Of a stretch of 64,000 nt of DNA, positions 10,224-19,085 are shown one piece after another. This DNA comes from an uncultured bacterium. GTDB lineage: Bacteria > Chloroflexota > Dehalococcoidia > Lucifugimonadales > Lucifugimonadaceae. A model generated the notes under the pieces. It did no database searches. It saw only the letters and a program-made list of their open reading frames with translations, and was not told the DNA's origin. Position numbers and translations under genes: made by a program. The DNA is taken from positions 10,954 through 74,953 of the forward strand of contig CAWVRY010000004.1 of the NCBI GenBank assembly GCA_963932695.1. Direction: 5' to 3'. How positions within the stretch are numbered: the first letter of the stretch is position 1; every line of letters starts with the position of its first letter.

Positions 10224-11237
10224 ATGAATCTGCGTTTTCTGCTCGTCCTAGTAACCGTTCTCTCGTTTGTGTCAATTGGTGTCACTTGGTTCATTACGAA
10301 TCCGTCCGTAGTGATAAAAGAGCCAGACCCACCGTTCTTCTACACACTCGCACCTGATGATCTTCGAAACATCAGTATCGACACTGGCGAAAAAGTCTCC
10401 AGCTGGTCGCTACGTGAAGACGTTCGCAGGTGGTACTTTGACGGCCTCGAAAACATCCCCGCCGATCTCTTTCGCTGGGGTGGTATTACCCAACTGCTCG
10501 GTGGACCACGAACTCAGCGTGTCTTGGCTCAATCGATCGACGATATTTCGCTTTATGGTTTAGACGATCCATCTGCCGAGTTCGCTGTCACCTTGCGTGA
10601 CGGTTCTATTGTGAAACTCGTTCTTGGGAACCTAACGCCAGACGGAGAAAATAATTACGCTAGAGTCGAAGGGTTCCCGCAGCTCGTACTTGTCGACTCG
10701 TCTTGGGGCCAGGTTCTTGAGCGCTTGGTAAACGATCCGCCATACCCAGAGTGGTTCTTCTCTCTAACGGGCGATCCACGCGAACTAATCCTGTTCGACA
10801 ATAACGAAGTTCTGCGTGCGTACGGCTACGAGCGTGATACCGATACATGGACGATTTGCGATGTTCCGTTGACGACCGATCCATGCTCTGGCTCAGTTTT
10901 GGCTGATGGCGATGCCCTGATGACTGAATTAGAGTTCTTCGGCAACCCGCAGATTGGCGGAGCCGTGGCATTGAACCTCGAAAACGATGTCGACTACATC
11001 CCCTACGGAACAATTCTTGAATCACCGTACATTGCAGTTCGTATCGAAAATCGAAACCCGGAAACCAATGTTATCGAAGTGCGACGCCTGACAATGACCA
11101 TCGGTGACCTCACAGATAATGGGGCAAACCGTTTCGCTGTGGCAAACGAAACGTCGGACGTGATCAAGGTCGATGCAGAATGGGCAGATCGAATTCTCGA
11201 ACTGTTCTACGGCGACCTTCTAGTCGATAACGGCTAG
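10224..11237 (+). CDS. DUF4340-like protein (single N-terminal TM), fourth gene of the GldA/F/G-like locus
   Basis: I prefer ATG 10224 (MNLRFLLVLVTVLSFV...) over the track start at 10188, which overlaps the upstream gene. A signal-anchor is followed by a repetitive beta-rich domain. The assignment rests on architecture and context only. Confidence 0.55.
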   Translation: MNLRFLLVLVTVLSFVSIGVTWFITNPSVVIKEPDPPFFYTLAPDDLRNISIDTGEKVSSWSLREDVRRWYFDGLENIPADLFRWGGITQLLGGPRTQRVLAQSIDDISLYGLDDPSAEFAVTLRDGSIVKLVLGNLTPDGENNYARVEGFPQLVLVDSSWGQVLERLVNDPPYPEWFFSLTGDPRELILFDNNEVLRAYGYERDTDTWTICDVPLTTDPCSGSVLADGDALMTELEFFGNPQIGGAVALNLENDVDYIPYGTILESPYIAVRIENRNPETNVIEVRRLTMTIGDLTDNGANRFAVANETSDVIKVDAEWADRILELFYGDLLVDNG

Positions 11238-11418
11238 GACACCAGCTCGCTTCACCCGCTCGTTCCTAAGACAACATCCGTAAACTCGGATGCGTTATAG
11301 CCGCAAGATCGAACGTCGATCGTTAATTGGTGGCGCAGATGCATCTACATATGTGGACTCACTGCATCAAGTAACAGCGCACAGCTCACCCGCCCTCAGA
11401 CAGGGCGATGAGAGCGAA

Positions 11419-14400
11419 TTACGTAGTCAGGTTGCGGTATAGCTGCGGCAGGCGTTTCGGAAGAAGGCTGATATCCGGTAGAACTTCATAGCTGAAGTCT
11501 TCCATCATAGTCTTCATGTAATCGTGCCCAGCCTTATCGACGGTTAGACAGAACGGTGTAATTCCCATGTTGCGCGCTTCGATAAGTGATTGACGGGTGT
11601 CGTGCACCGCGTATTCCTTCTCGACGCCTTCACGAGAGTATCCACGGTCCTGTGGTCGCCCATCAGAGATGAGGAACAAGAATTTCGACCGTGCCTCTGC
11701 TTCTGCGAGTTTAGCGACTGTGTGGCGAATCGCAGGCCCCATACGCGTTGCGTGAAGAGGTGCGATCCGGTCGATACGTCGAGGAACCATGTCAGAGAAT
11801 TTCTCGTCCATATCCTTGATCGTGTAGAACTCCACGTTCTCTCGGCCGTAGCCGGAGAATCCGTAAATTCCGTACATATCACCAATCGCTTCGAGCGAAT
11901 TGACCAAAAGAGTAATTCCCTCTTTTTCAACATCGACGATTCGCTTATAAGTGCGACGAAGACCTTCAGATCGGCGTGAACGCAGCCAGACCATGTACTC
12001 AACAGGATCGTCAGGCGCACCCCAGTCATCGGACGGCTTCTTAGCTTCGTCAATCGCCTCTGCTGTAGACGCAGAGAGGTCCAACAAGAATGCAACGGCA
12101 ACGGACCGTTCGTTCTTGTTCCGACGCCAGTAGAGCTTCTCTTCTGGCGAAACACCGATTTTAAGATCGATCAGTGCTTCCAAAACGGAATCGAGATCAT
12201 ATTCTTCGCCATCTTCGAGTCGCTTCTGTTTGCGGTACATCTCAGGGATGACCAACTCAAACTGTCGCTTGATCTGAGCGACCAATCCTGAGTTCTCTGC
12301 GAGAGTCTCGCGGAAGAAATTAGGTTCGCCGTCGGCCATGATCTTCTCGTGAACCATGCACCAGTTTGGCTTGTATTCGTTCGCCCTGAAATCCCACTCG
12401 GGATACGTGAAGGTATCGGGTTCAGTGGCTGTAAGCGGACCACCATCTTCATCGACATGCTGCGAAGGTCCCGGCTGGAACTGCTGGTTCTCCGGATCGC
12501 GTTTCTGCAGCTCTTTCATCAGGTTTTCGATCATCTCGGAAACCTCTTGATCGCCACCCTCTTCGCCCTCGGTCTGCTCCATTTCCATTTCTGGAGCGTT
12601 CTTCATCATCTCTTCGAGCTGTTCCTGAGTGATTGGCTCCATCTCACCTGACTCCGACATTTCGCCGTTTTCCATCATCTGCATTTGGGAAAGCAGCTGT
12701 GAAAGCTCAGGTTTGAACTCGCCTCGGTAGTCGACTTCTTGAGGAGAAGAGTAGTCCTCTTCGCCCTCACCCTCACTATCCATATCTGGTTCGGATGAAT
12801 CGCCTTCTTCGGGCTCGCCTTCACCCTCGCCATCTGGAGAAGAATGACCCATAAATTGCTGAATCACTTCTTCTGGGTCGACTACATCGTCCTCATCTTC
12901 AGCGGACTCGTCTTCTTCCTCAGGTTCGAGCTGTTCAAAGTCGTCATCGTCGACTTCTTCGTTCTTCACGTCTATTAAGATCGAGTAGGCACGAATCGCT
13001 GCTTCAGCGGCGTCTTCTACCATTGCTTCTACGGAAGTGACTTGTCGGATCAACTTGCGCAACTTACGAGCAACGTCAAGGTGCTCCGATGGCACAAGCA
13101 TTTCGTCGACCTGACCAAGACTGACTCGAATCATGAATTCAACGAGTGCTTCACGTGCAGGTAGTTCCGTTACATCAGGTCGTGCTTCGAGCGAAGCAGT
13201 GCGAACCATGTCGTACATCGTCATTACACCCGGATAAAGCTCTTCGACATATCCGTCGATACGTGAGCTTTCAAGCACAGTGAATGCATCAAGAGCCAAT
13301 CGGCGTTCCTGGAAAAGATCGAAGAATCGACTCATGTCTGTTAGAAATTCTCGGGTCTCGACCTCAACTGGTTCGGCCGCAGCCTGTGCCGGTTCGGCAG
13401 GCGGCTCATGATCAAACACGACCACCTCTGGCGGTGTTGCCGCAGCCTTCTTTGCAACTTCGTCGGCGGCTTTGGCGGCTTTGAGTTCAGATGCTCCCGG
13501 GAGGCGCGGACGAAGATCATCAAACAAAGTCGACGGAATATTGAAATCGAATGCGAACGAACCAAATTCGATGTGCCCGATTTGATGCGTTGATATTACT
13601 TTGAAGAAGCCAAAGTTTTTGTCTTTGGTTTTGTATCGGTTTATTACCGACGGCATGTAGATCGTTGTGCCTTCGGTCGTCGGCAGTTCACCCTGGAACC
13701 AGCCGATATTCTTTTCTGCCAACGCAGCTGCTGCCTGAACGTCAATCGAGCGGCCTGTGAGTGCGAGACAGTACATCTGGATGACGTCTCGGACGCGGGA
13801 AAGTTCGATAGAAGATGAAAGTGAATCAAGCATCTCCTGCGACGCTGGCGATTCAAGCTTAAAGTAGGCAATAGCAGCTTCATCGCTCTCTCGAGCCGTG
13901 CGTAGACCTTCGGCCTGCCATTGCCCCATCTGCTCGAACGTCACTCGTTCGAGCACTTCTGGAACTATCTTAAGAAACGCAGGGGCAGCAGGAGCCGACA
14001 CGGCTGCGATGCCGTCGGTCATTTCGAGTAATCGATCTCGATTGTCGGCTGGGATCCTGTTAACCGTATTTGCACCGTCTCTCAGCACTCCAGCGGCGTC
14101 GCTGACACCAGTGATAGCGAGTCGACGAGCAAGTGAAATCAATGGTGCTCGGTGAGGTGTACCGAGCTCAACGAGCGAGGCGGTCGCAGAGTCGAACAGC
14201 ACAGCGGTTTCTCGCCAAGATTTCTCTGCAACGATTTGCGCAAGGTTGATAAATCGATCGACATCTCCGGTAATTTTCGGAAACAAGTCGATACCGGCAG
14301 CTAGAGCATCACCCGCCTGATCGTAGGATCGGCGCGAGAGAATTTCGAGGAACTCACCGAAATGACAGAACTCTTCGAAAGATAGCGTTTCCAGCAGATC

Positions 14401-14895
14401 GGGAGTCGCCTCGAACAGTCGGCAAGCAAGAGCTGAGGATTTCCAAGTGCCACGGTAGAGGGCTCGGCACACGTTGGCCCAATCGTCGATGTAGCGAGGG
14501 CGTAGGCGAAGCATCGCTTTAGGTGACGATTTGAAATATGCAACTGCCAATGATGGCGAGTCTTCACACAGCGACGTGCCAGTCTTTGCCCACTTCAGGA
14601 ATTGACCTGAAGGAAGCTGTCGTTGAACCGCTACTGAAGCATCAAAGAATTCGGCAGCTGCTTCCCACGACCTCACGGTCTTGCTGGCGATTTCGAGTCC
14701 CTCTTGCGCCCATAGCTGGCAGGTTTCGTCAGCTAATCGTCCGTTTAGCTTTTCGAGGGCAACTTCGTATCGTTCGAGAACCGGAGCCGGGAACTGATCC
14801 AGTTCCTTACGGGTGATCTCGATTGCGTTTTGCTTTGCGTCGTCGGAACTGGTCAACTCTGGTCTTGCCCTTTGTCTGACTGTTTCATGCTGCAT
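11419..14895 (-). CDS. Large NorD/CbbO-like protein with a C-terminal von Willebrand factor A domain
   Basis: 1158 aa. Helical N-terminal region containing a TIYMP...HQIGHIEFGSF block as in NorD/CbbO (COG4548-type) proteins. A roughly 165-aa extremely acidic segment follows. The C-terminal VWA has a MIDAS motif, LLDLSAST (DxSxS). Its start overlaps the upstream Nudix gene by 11 nt. Confidence 0.8.
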   Translation of the reverse strand: MQHETVRQRARPELTSSDDAKQNAIEITRKELDQFPAPVLERYEVALEKLNGRLADETCQLWAQEGLEIASKTVRSWEAAAEFFDASVAVQRQLPSGQFLKWAKTGTSLCEDSPSLAVAYFKSSPKAMLRLRPRYIDDWANVCRALYRGTWKSSALACRLFEATPDLLETLSFEEFCHFGEFLEILSRRSYDQAGDALAAGIDLFPKITGDVDRFINLAQIVAEKSWRETAVLFDSATASLVELGTPHRAPLISLARRLAITGVSDAAGVLRDGANTVNRIPADNRDRLLEMTDGIAAVSAPAAPAFLKIVPEVLERVTFEQMGQWQAEGLRTARESDEAAIAYFKLESPASQEMLDSLSSSIELSRVRDVIQMYCLALTGRSIDVQAAAALAEKNIGWFQGELPTTEGTTIYMPSVINRYKTKDKNFGFFKVISTHQIGHIEFGSFAFDFNIPSTLFDDLRPRLPGASELKAAKAADEVAKKAAATPPEVVVFDHEPPAEPAQAAAEPVEVETREFLTDMSRFFDLFQERRLALDAFTVLESSRIDGYVEELYPGVMTMYDMVRTASLEARPDVTELPAREALVEFMIRVSLGQVDEMLVPSEHLDVARKLRKLIRQVTSVEAMVEDAAEAAIRAYSILIDVKNEEVDDDDFEQLEPEEEDESAEDEDDVVDPEEVIQQFMGHSSPDGEGEGEPEEGDSSEPDMDSEGEGEEDYSSPQEVDYRGEFKPELSQLLSQMQMMENGEMSESGEMEPITQEQLEEMMKNAPEMEMEQTEGEEGGDQEVSEMIENLMKELQKRDPENQQFQPGPSQHVDEDGGPLTATEPDTFTYPEWDFRANEYKPNWCMVHEKIMADGEPNFFRETLAENSGLVAQIKRQFELVIPEMYRKQKRLEDGEEYDLDSVLEALIDLKIGVSPEEKLYWRRNKNERSVAVAFLLDLSASTAEAIDEAKKPSDDWGAPDDPVEYMVWLRSRRSEGLRRTYKRIVDVEKEGITLLVNSLEAIGDMYGIYGFSGYGRENVEFYTIKDMDEKFSDMVPRRIDRIAPLHATRMGPAIRHTVAKLAEAEARSKFLFLISDGRPQDRGYSREGVEKEYAVHDTRQSLIEARNMGITPFCLTVDKAGHDYMKTMMEDFSYEVLPDISLLPKRLPQLYRNLTT

Positions 14896-15466
14896 TCATC
14901 ACAATATTTATGGTGTTCGCAATAATCTGAGCAGATGCTCCCCAGATGATGCGATCCTCATAGGCGTATGCGGTTAGCTTGCGCACTCCGCTTTTCCTGA
15001 CGACTGTGATCGATCGTCGAGAACCTGCGTCCACAAATACCCGCACAGGTACGTTTACGACATCCGCAACTTCGGTTACTTCGGGCGTGATTTTCACGCC
15101 GTCCGTCACTCTGCCTGCGTATGGCCAAACTTCGTAACCTGTCGAGGTATCGATTGGTGGCATCTGACACCAGATATCGATATCACTCGACTTGATTCCA
15201 AGTTCTTCATCTGTCTCTCGCAGCGCCGCGTGCATTGGCGAATCGTCACACTGGTCGATCATTCCACCCGGGAACGCCCATTGACCGCTGTGGTTTCTGA
15301 GAGTTTCCGCTCGTCTAATCATCAACACGCACGGCTCACCGTTTGTAACGTTGAACAGCACGCTTACAGCCGCGGGAGGACCACTACCCAGTGCTTCATG
15401 CTTCTTGCCCGAATACTGCTTCAGGGTAGTTTCGAGCCGGTTAATGGTTAGATTGGTAGTGTTCAC
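14885..15466 (-). CDS. Nudix hydrolase, CoA pyrophosphatase type
   Basis: 193 aa. Nudix box GGMIDQCDDSPMHAALRETDEELGI, preceded by a NuCoA-type motif R-A-x3-R-x3-G-x3-FPGG (RRAETLRNHSGQWAFPGG). GTG start overlaps the upstream stop (GTGA). Confidence 0.85.
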   Translation of the reverse strand: MNTTNLTINRLETTLKQYSGKKHEALGSGPPAAVSVLFNVTNGEPCVLMIRRAETLRNHSGQWAFPGGMIDQCDDSPMHAALRETDEELGIKSSDIDIWCQMPPIDTSTGYEVWPYAGRVTDGVKITPEVTEVADVVNVPVRVFVDAGSRRSITVVRKSGVRKLTAYAYEDRIIWGASAQIIANTINIVMNAA

Positions 15467-16347
15467 GCGAAGATCGAAGTTACAACCTCATCGATGCTGC
15501 GTTGTACCTGAGGATCGTCAGTGATACCCCAAGTTACAGACACTTGGCATGCTCGTCGCTGCGATACGCCTTCTTTGATTAGGCGACCTGCGTAGATAAG
15601 CATTCGAGTGCTAGCACCTTCTTCAAGGCCGTGCTCACGGAGGTTTCGAATTTTGAGACCGAGTCGTGCCAATCGTTCAGCAGTGTCGGAATCACAACCC
15701 GATTCGTGGGCGATAATCTGTGCTTCTCGCTCTTCTTCTGGGAAGTCGAACTCAAGCGCAACGAAACGCTGACGTGTGCTGTGCTTCAAGTCCTTGAGAG
15801 CGTTCTGATATCCAGGGTTGTAAGAAACAACCAACAAGAAGCCATCAGCGGCTTCGATCGTCGACCCGAGCTTGTCGATGGTTAGTGAACGACGGTGGTC
15901 GGTTAGCGGGTGAATGATGACGGTGGTGTCTTTTCGTGCTTCGACTATTTCATCGAGGTAGCAAATTCCACCGGCTTTTACAGCACGGGTCAGCGGTCCA
16001 TCGATCCAACGTGTGCCATCGGCATCAAGCAGGTATCGACCGACGAGGTCGCTGGCGGTCAGGTCTTCGTGACAAGCAACTGTTATTAGTGGGAGCTTTT
16101 CCCCAGCACCGTTCGTAGCAGAAGTACCCGGGTTTCGTGCCGTAATACCTTCACTCAGGCGCCATGCCATGTGCTCCACGAAACGGGTTTTACCAGTTCC
16201 GGTCGGCCCCTTTAATAGGATCGGTACTCGCTGTCGGTAGGCTGATTCAAAAATGTTGATTTCATCAGATGTTGGTACGTAAAACGGCTCTTCCGTTACG
16301 TAATGATCTTCGATGTTCTGCTCGTGGTATTTCTGTTCTGTGGCCAT
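15463..16347 (-). CDS. CbbQ/NirQ/NorQ/GpvN-family (MoxR-like) AAA+ ATPase
   Basis: 294 aa. Walker A GPTGTGKT, Walker B ICYLDEI, and overall resemblance to CbbQ/NorQ (YVPT...ESAYRQR..., VVSYNPGYQ). Confidence 0.87.
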   Translation of the reverse strand: MATEQKYHEQNIEDHYVTEEPFYVPTSDEINIFESAYRQRVPILLKGPTGTGKTRFVEHMAWRLSEGITARNPGTSATNGAGEKLPLITVACHEDLTASDLVGRYLLDADGTRWIDGPLTRAVKAGGICYLDEIVEARKDTTVIIHPLTDHRRSLTIDKLGSTIEAADGFLLVVSYNPGYQNALKDLKHSTRQRFVALEFDFPEEEREAQIIAHESGCDSDTAERLARLGLKIRNLREHGLEEGASTRMLIYAGRLIKEGVSQRRACQVSVTWGITDDPQVQRSIDEVVTSIFA

Positions 16348-16422
16348 TAGTACTCACGCCCTGAAGGCATTTCCTCACCGATTAGCGGTGGACTATTTCG
16401 GATTCGCACCCGGATACATTCG

Positions 16423-17013
16423 TTAAGGGATAGATTCCCAGAGTTTCGATATTTGATTACGCAAATCTTCAAGCGTTGCGTCGTTTTCAATCACTATGTC
16501 AGCCCTATCGACACGCTCTTGCCTCGTGAACTGCGCAGCAATTCTGGCTTTCGTGTCTAACTCACTCATTCCCGATCGTCGCTCAACCCGCTGAATAACC
16601 ACGCTTTGCGGCGCTTCAACGGTCCACACGACATCGGCGACTTTGTCCCATCCTGATTCGTATAATTTTGGGACTTCAACCACAACGACTCTAGTTCCGC
16701 GTACTGTCTCTTTTTCCAAGAGTGCCAACGTCAGCTTTCGCGTGGCTGGCCAAACAATCTTCTCAAGCTCCAAACGCCGGGCGGTATCGGCGAAAACGAT
16801 TTTGCCCAGAGACTTCCGATCAATAAAACCGGAACCATCCAGAACATCTTCGCCAAACAGTTTTACGATCAACCCATGAGCCGTCGTTCCCGGCTCGTAA
16901 GACTGGTGCGCAACCTTGTCCGACTCGATCACCACTGCTCCCAGATCACGAAGAATGTGAGAAAGCTCGGATTTTCCGGTTCCAATACCGCCGGTGAGAC
17001 CGATGACTAACAC
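16423..17013 (-). CDS. coaE: Dephospho-CoA kinase
   Basis: 196 aa. MLVIGLTGGIGTGKS P-loop and typical CoaE length and layout. Confidence 0.9.
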   Translation of the reverse strand: MLVIGLTGGIGTGKSELSHILRDLGAVVIESDKVAHQSYEPGTTAHGLIVKLFGEDVLDGSGFIDRKSLGKIVFADTARRLELEKIVWPATRKLTLALLEKETVRGTRVVVVEVPKLYESGWDKVADVVWTVEAPQSVVIQRVERRSGMSELDTKARIAAQFTRQERVDRADIVIENDATLEDLRNQISKLWESIP

Positions 17014-17154
17014 TCGAACTCCAAGTAGAGCCAGTTACATAAGTGGCGAACCGACTAATCTTACGCCCGCACGAACCCCATCGCTGTGTTTTTCTCGACT
17101 AGATTCGAGTTCAAGAGTAGTAAACTTTTGTACTTGTAATCGCTAAATTACGTT

Positions 17155-18606
17155 TTGACTGTTCGACTGACTCGCTTATTGCCACGTACAGGCGAATTGC
17201 GTAAACGATCTGGGAGTGTCCATTTGACAGAGTCCGCATACCGATCACTTCCTTCGGTGGACGCGCTTCTTCAATCAGAAGAAGTCGCAGACCTTGTTCG
17301 AAATTTTTCCCACGATGCGGTTACTACGATCGCCCGTGAAGAACTGGGAAAAGCACGTGCGATTATCAAGAGTTCCGGGGCTGCTCCCGGCTTTAATTCG
17401 ATGGTTGCTCAAATCGTGAAACGCGCCGACAGCGCATGGGGCACTTGGCCTAAGCCGGTCGTCAACGCTACTGGGGTCGTCCTTCACACGAATCTTGGAC
17501 GTTCGCCGCTGAGCAATGATGCGGCTCGTTCGGCCGCCGAATCGGCATCGATCTACTCTGATCTGGAGTTTGATCTTGGCTCAGGTAAACGCGGCTCTAG
17601 AAATACCCATATCTCCGATCTCATTTCACAGACGACAGGGGCCGAATCTGGAATCGCCGTAAACAATAACGCCTCCGCTGTACTACTAACTTTGGCAGCC
17701 GTGGCGGGTGCAAACAATGAGAAAAACGAGGTCATCGTGTCTAGGGGGGAGGCTGTGGAAATCGGTGGTGGGTTTCGGATACCAGACGTGATGCGTCAGT
17801 CAGGCGCAACTCTCGTTGAAGTGGGTACGACGAATCGTACTTACGCAGCCGACTACGAAGCCGCTATCACCCCAAATACTGCAGCAATTCTCAAGGTTCA
17901 CCCAAGCAACTTTGTCGTTGAGGGCTTCACTCATGTTCCAGAACTGGCTGACATGGTCGGCGTCGGCAAGAAGCACGGAATCCCTGTAATCAATGATCTG
18001 GGATCGGGCTGTCTGGTCGACACTCGAAAATATGGACTCGATCAAGAGCCTAAAGCGCAAGATTCGGTGTCAGATGGCGCTGCACTAACGTTGTTCTCGG
18101 GCGACAAGCTGTTGGGTGGGCCGCAGGCTGGTCTTATAGCCGGTGAAAAGCAGTGGGTTAATCTGGTTTCGAAGCACCCACTTGCACGTGCAGTACGAAT
18201 CGACAAGATGACGCTTTCGGCAATCGCAGCCACCCTAGTTTCATATCTCAAAGGTGCGCACGAAGAAGATATTCCGATCTGGAACATGATTTCCATGAGC
18301 GAAGCATTGATCGCTAGCCGAGCAGAAAAGTGGAAATCGGAATCTGGTATCGGAGAGGTTCAGCGAGCCAAATCGGCAGTTGGCGGCGGTTCGCTACCGG
18401 GGCAAACCCTACCAACAACGGTATTGGCCATCGACCCAACCGGCAGCCCAGATGGTTTTGCGGCAAATCTTCGCAAAGCTCCCGTTGCCGTCATTGCCAG
18501 AATCGAAAACGACCGAATCATATTGGATCCTCGCACCGTACTTACTACTCAGGATCACGCTGTGGTCAAAGCGATCAAATTCGCTGTCAGTCAGTCGGCG
18601 CAATGA
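17155..18606 (+). CDS. selA: L-seryl-tRNA(Sec) selenium transferase (selenocysteine synthase)
   Basis: 483 aa, TTG start. Blocks nearly identical to E. coli SelA: VLHTNLGRS, VNNNASAVLL, SRGEAVEIGGGFRIPDVMRQSG, VGTTNRT, PLP-Lys FSGDKLLGGPQAG, and RIDKMTL. Confidence 0.93.
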   Translation: MTVRLTRLLPRTGELRKRSGSVHLTESAYRSLPSVDALLQSEEVADLVRNFSHDAVTTIAREELGKARAIIKSSGAAPGFNSMVAQIVKRADSAWGTWPKPVVNATGVVLHTNLGRSPLSNDAARSAAESASIYSDLEFDLGSGKRGSRNTHISDLISQTTGAESGIAVNNNASAVLLTLAAVAGANNEKNEVIVSRGEAVEIGGGFRIPDVMRQSGATLVEVGTTNRTYAADYEAAITPNTAAILKVHPSNFVVEGFTHVPELADMVGVGKKHGIPVINDLGSGCLVDTRKYGLDQEPKAQDSVSDGAALTLFSGDKLLGGPQAGLIAGEKQWVNLVSKHPLARAVRIDKMTLSAIAATLVSYLKGAHEEDIPIWNMISMSEALIASRAEKWKSESGIGEVQRAKSAVGGGSLPGQTLPTTVLAIDPTGSPDGFAANLRKAPVAVIARIENDRIILDPRTVLTTQDHAVVKAIKFAVSQSAQ

Positions 18607-19004
18607 GTCCTAAAAGACGCAGACGCCCAAACCCAACTTCAGAACAAGCATGGGAATCGAACTCCAACGCTTCTTCAAATGGCTACGATGCCGCAGAGAT
18701 CGAGATCGATCTTCACGGCATGAGGGCTCATGAAGCTGAAACTGCGATTTTGGTCCACCTTCAACACTGCCACAATTCCCGCTTACATATCGCTAAGATT
18801 AATCACGGTCATGGCACCGGCGTACTAAAGCAATTAAGCCGAGATATTTTGACTAAAAGCGACCTAGTTGTGCGCCATTACGCAGCCCCATATGGCGACG
18901 GCGGCGACGGAGTTACGATTGCCGAACTGAACTATGGTGGGCACAAAGCATTCAACCGCCGTGCAAACAATGAGATCGTTCCAAAAGCGTTACCTCGAAA
19001 GTAA
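18603..19004 (+). CDS. Smr (small MutS-related) domain protein
   Basis: ATG 18603 overlaps the selA stop (ATGA). The sequence MSPKRRRRP...IDLHGMRAHEA...INHGHGTGVLK matches the Smr-domain LDLHG / GxGxG pattern. The longer track ORF (18330..) lies inside selA and is not credible. Confidence 0.75.
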   Translation: MSPKRRRRPNPTSEQAWESNSNASSNGYDAAEIEIDLHGMRAHEAETAILVHLQHCHNSRLHIAKINHGHGTGVLKQLSRDILTKSDLVVRHYAAPYGDGGDGVTIAELNYGGHKAFNRRANNEIVPKALPRK

Positions 19005-19085
19005 TTTAAGGCACAGTTACCGACTTGATGACTGACCCTCAATTGCCATTCATCTCGACCCGTCGGCACATTCGTGGCGTAACCT

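Noticed and set aside
18330-18602. The upstream part of the 224-aa track ORF (18330..19004).
   Set aside because: It lies entirely inside selA in another frame and has an odd Arg/Ser/Gln composition. The Smr homology begins only after the ATG at 18603, which overlaps the selA stop.
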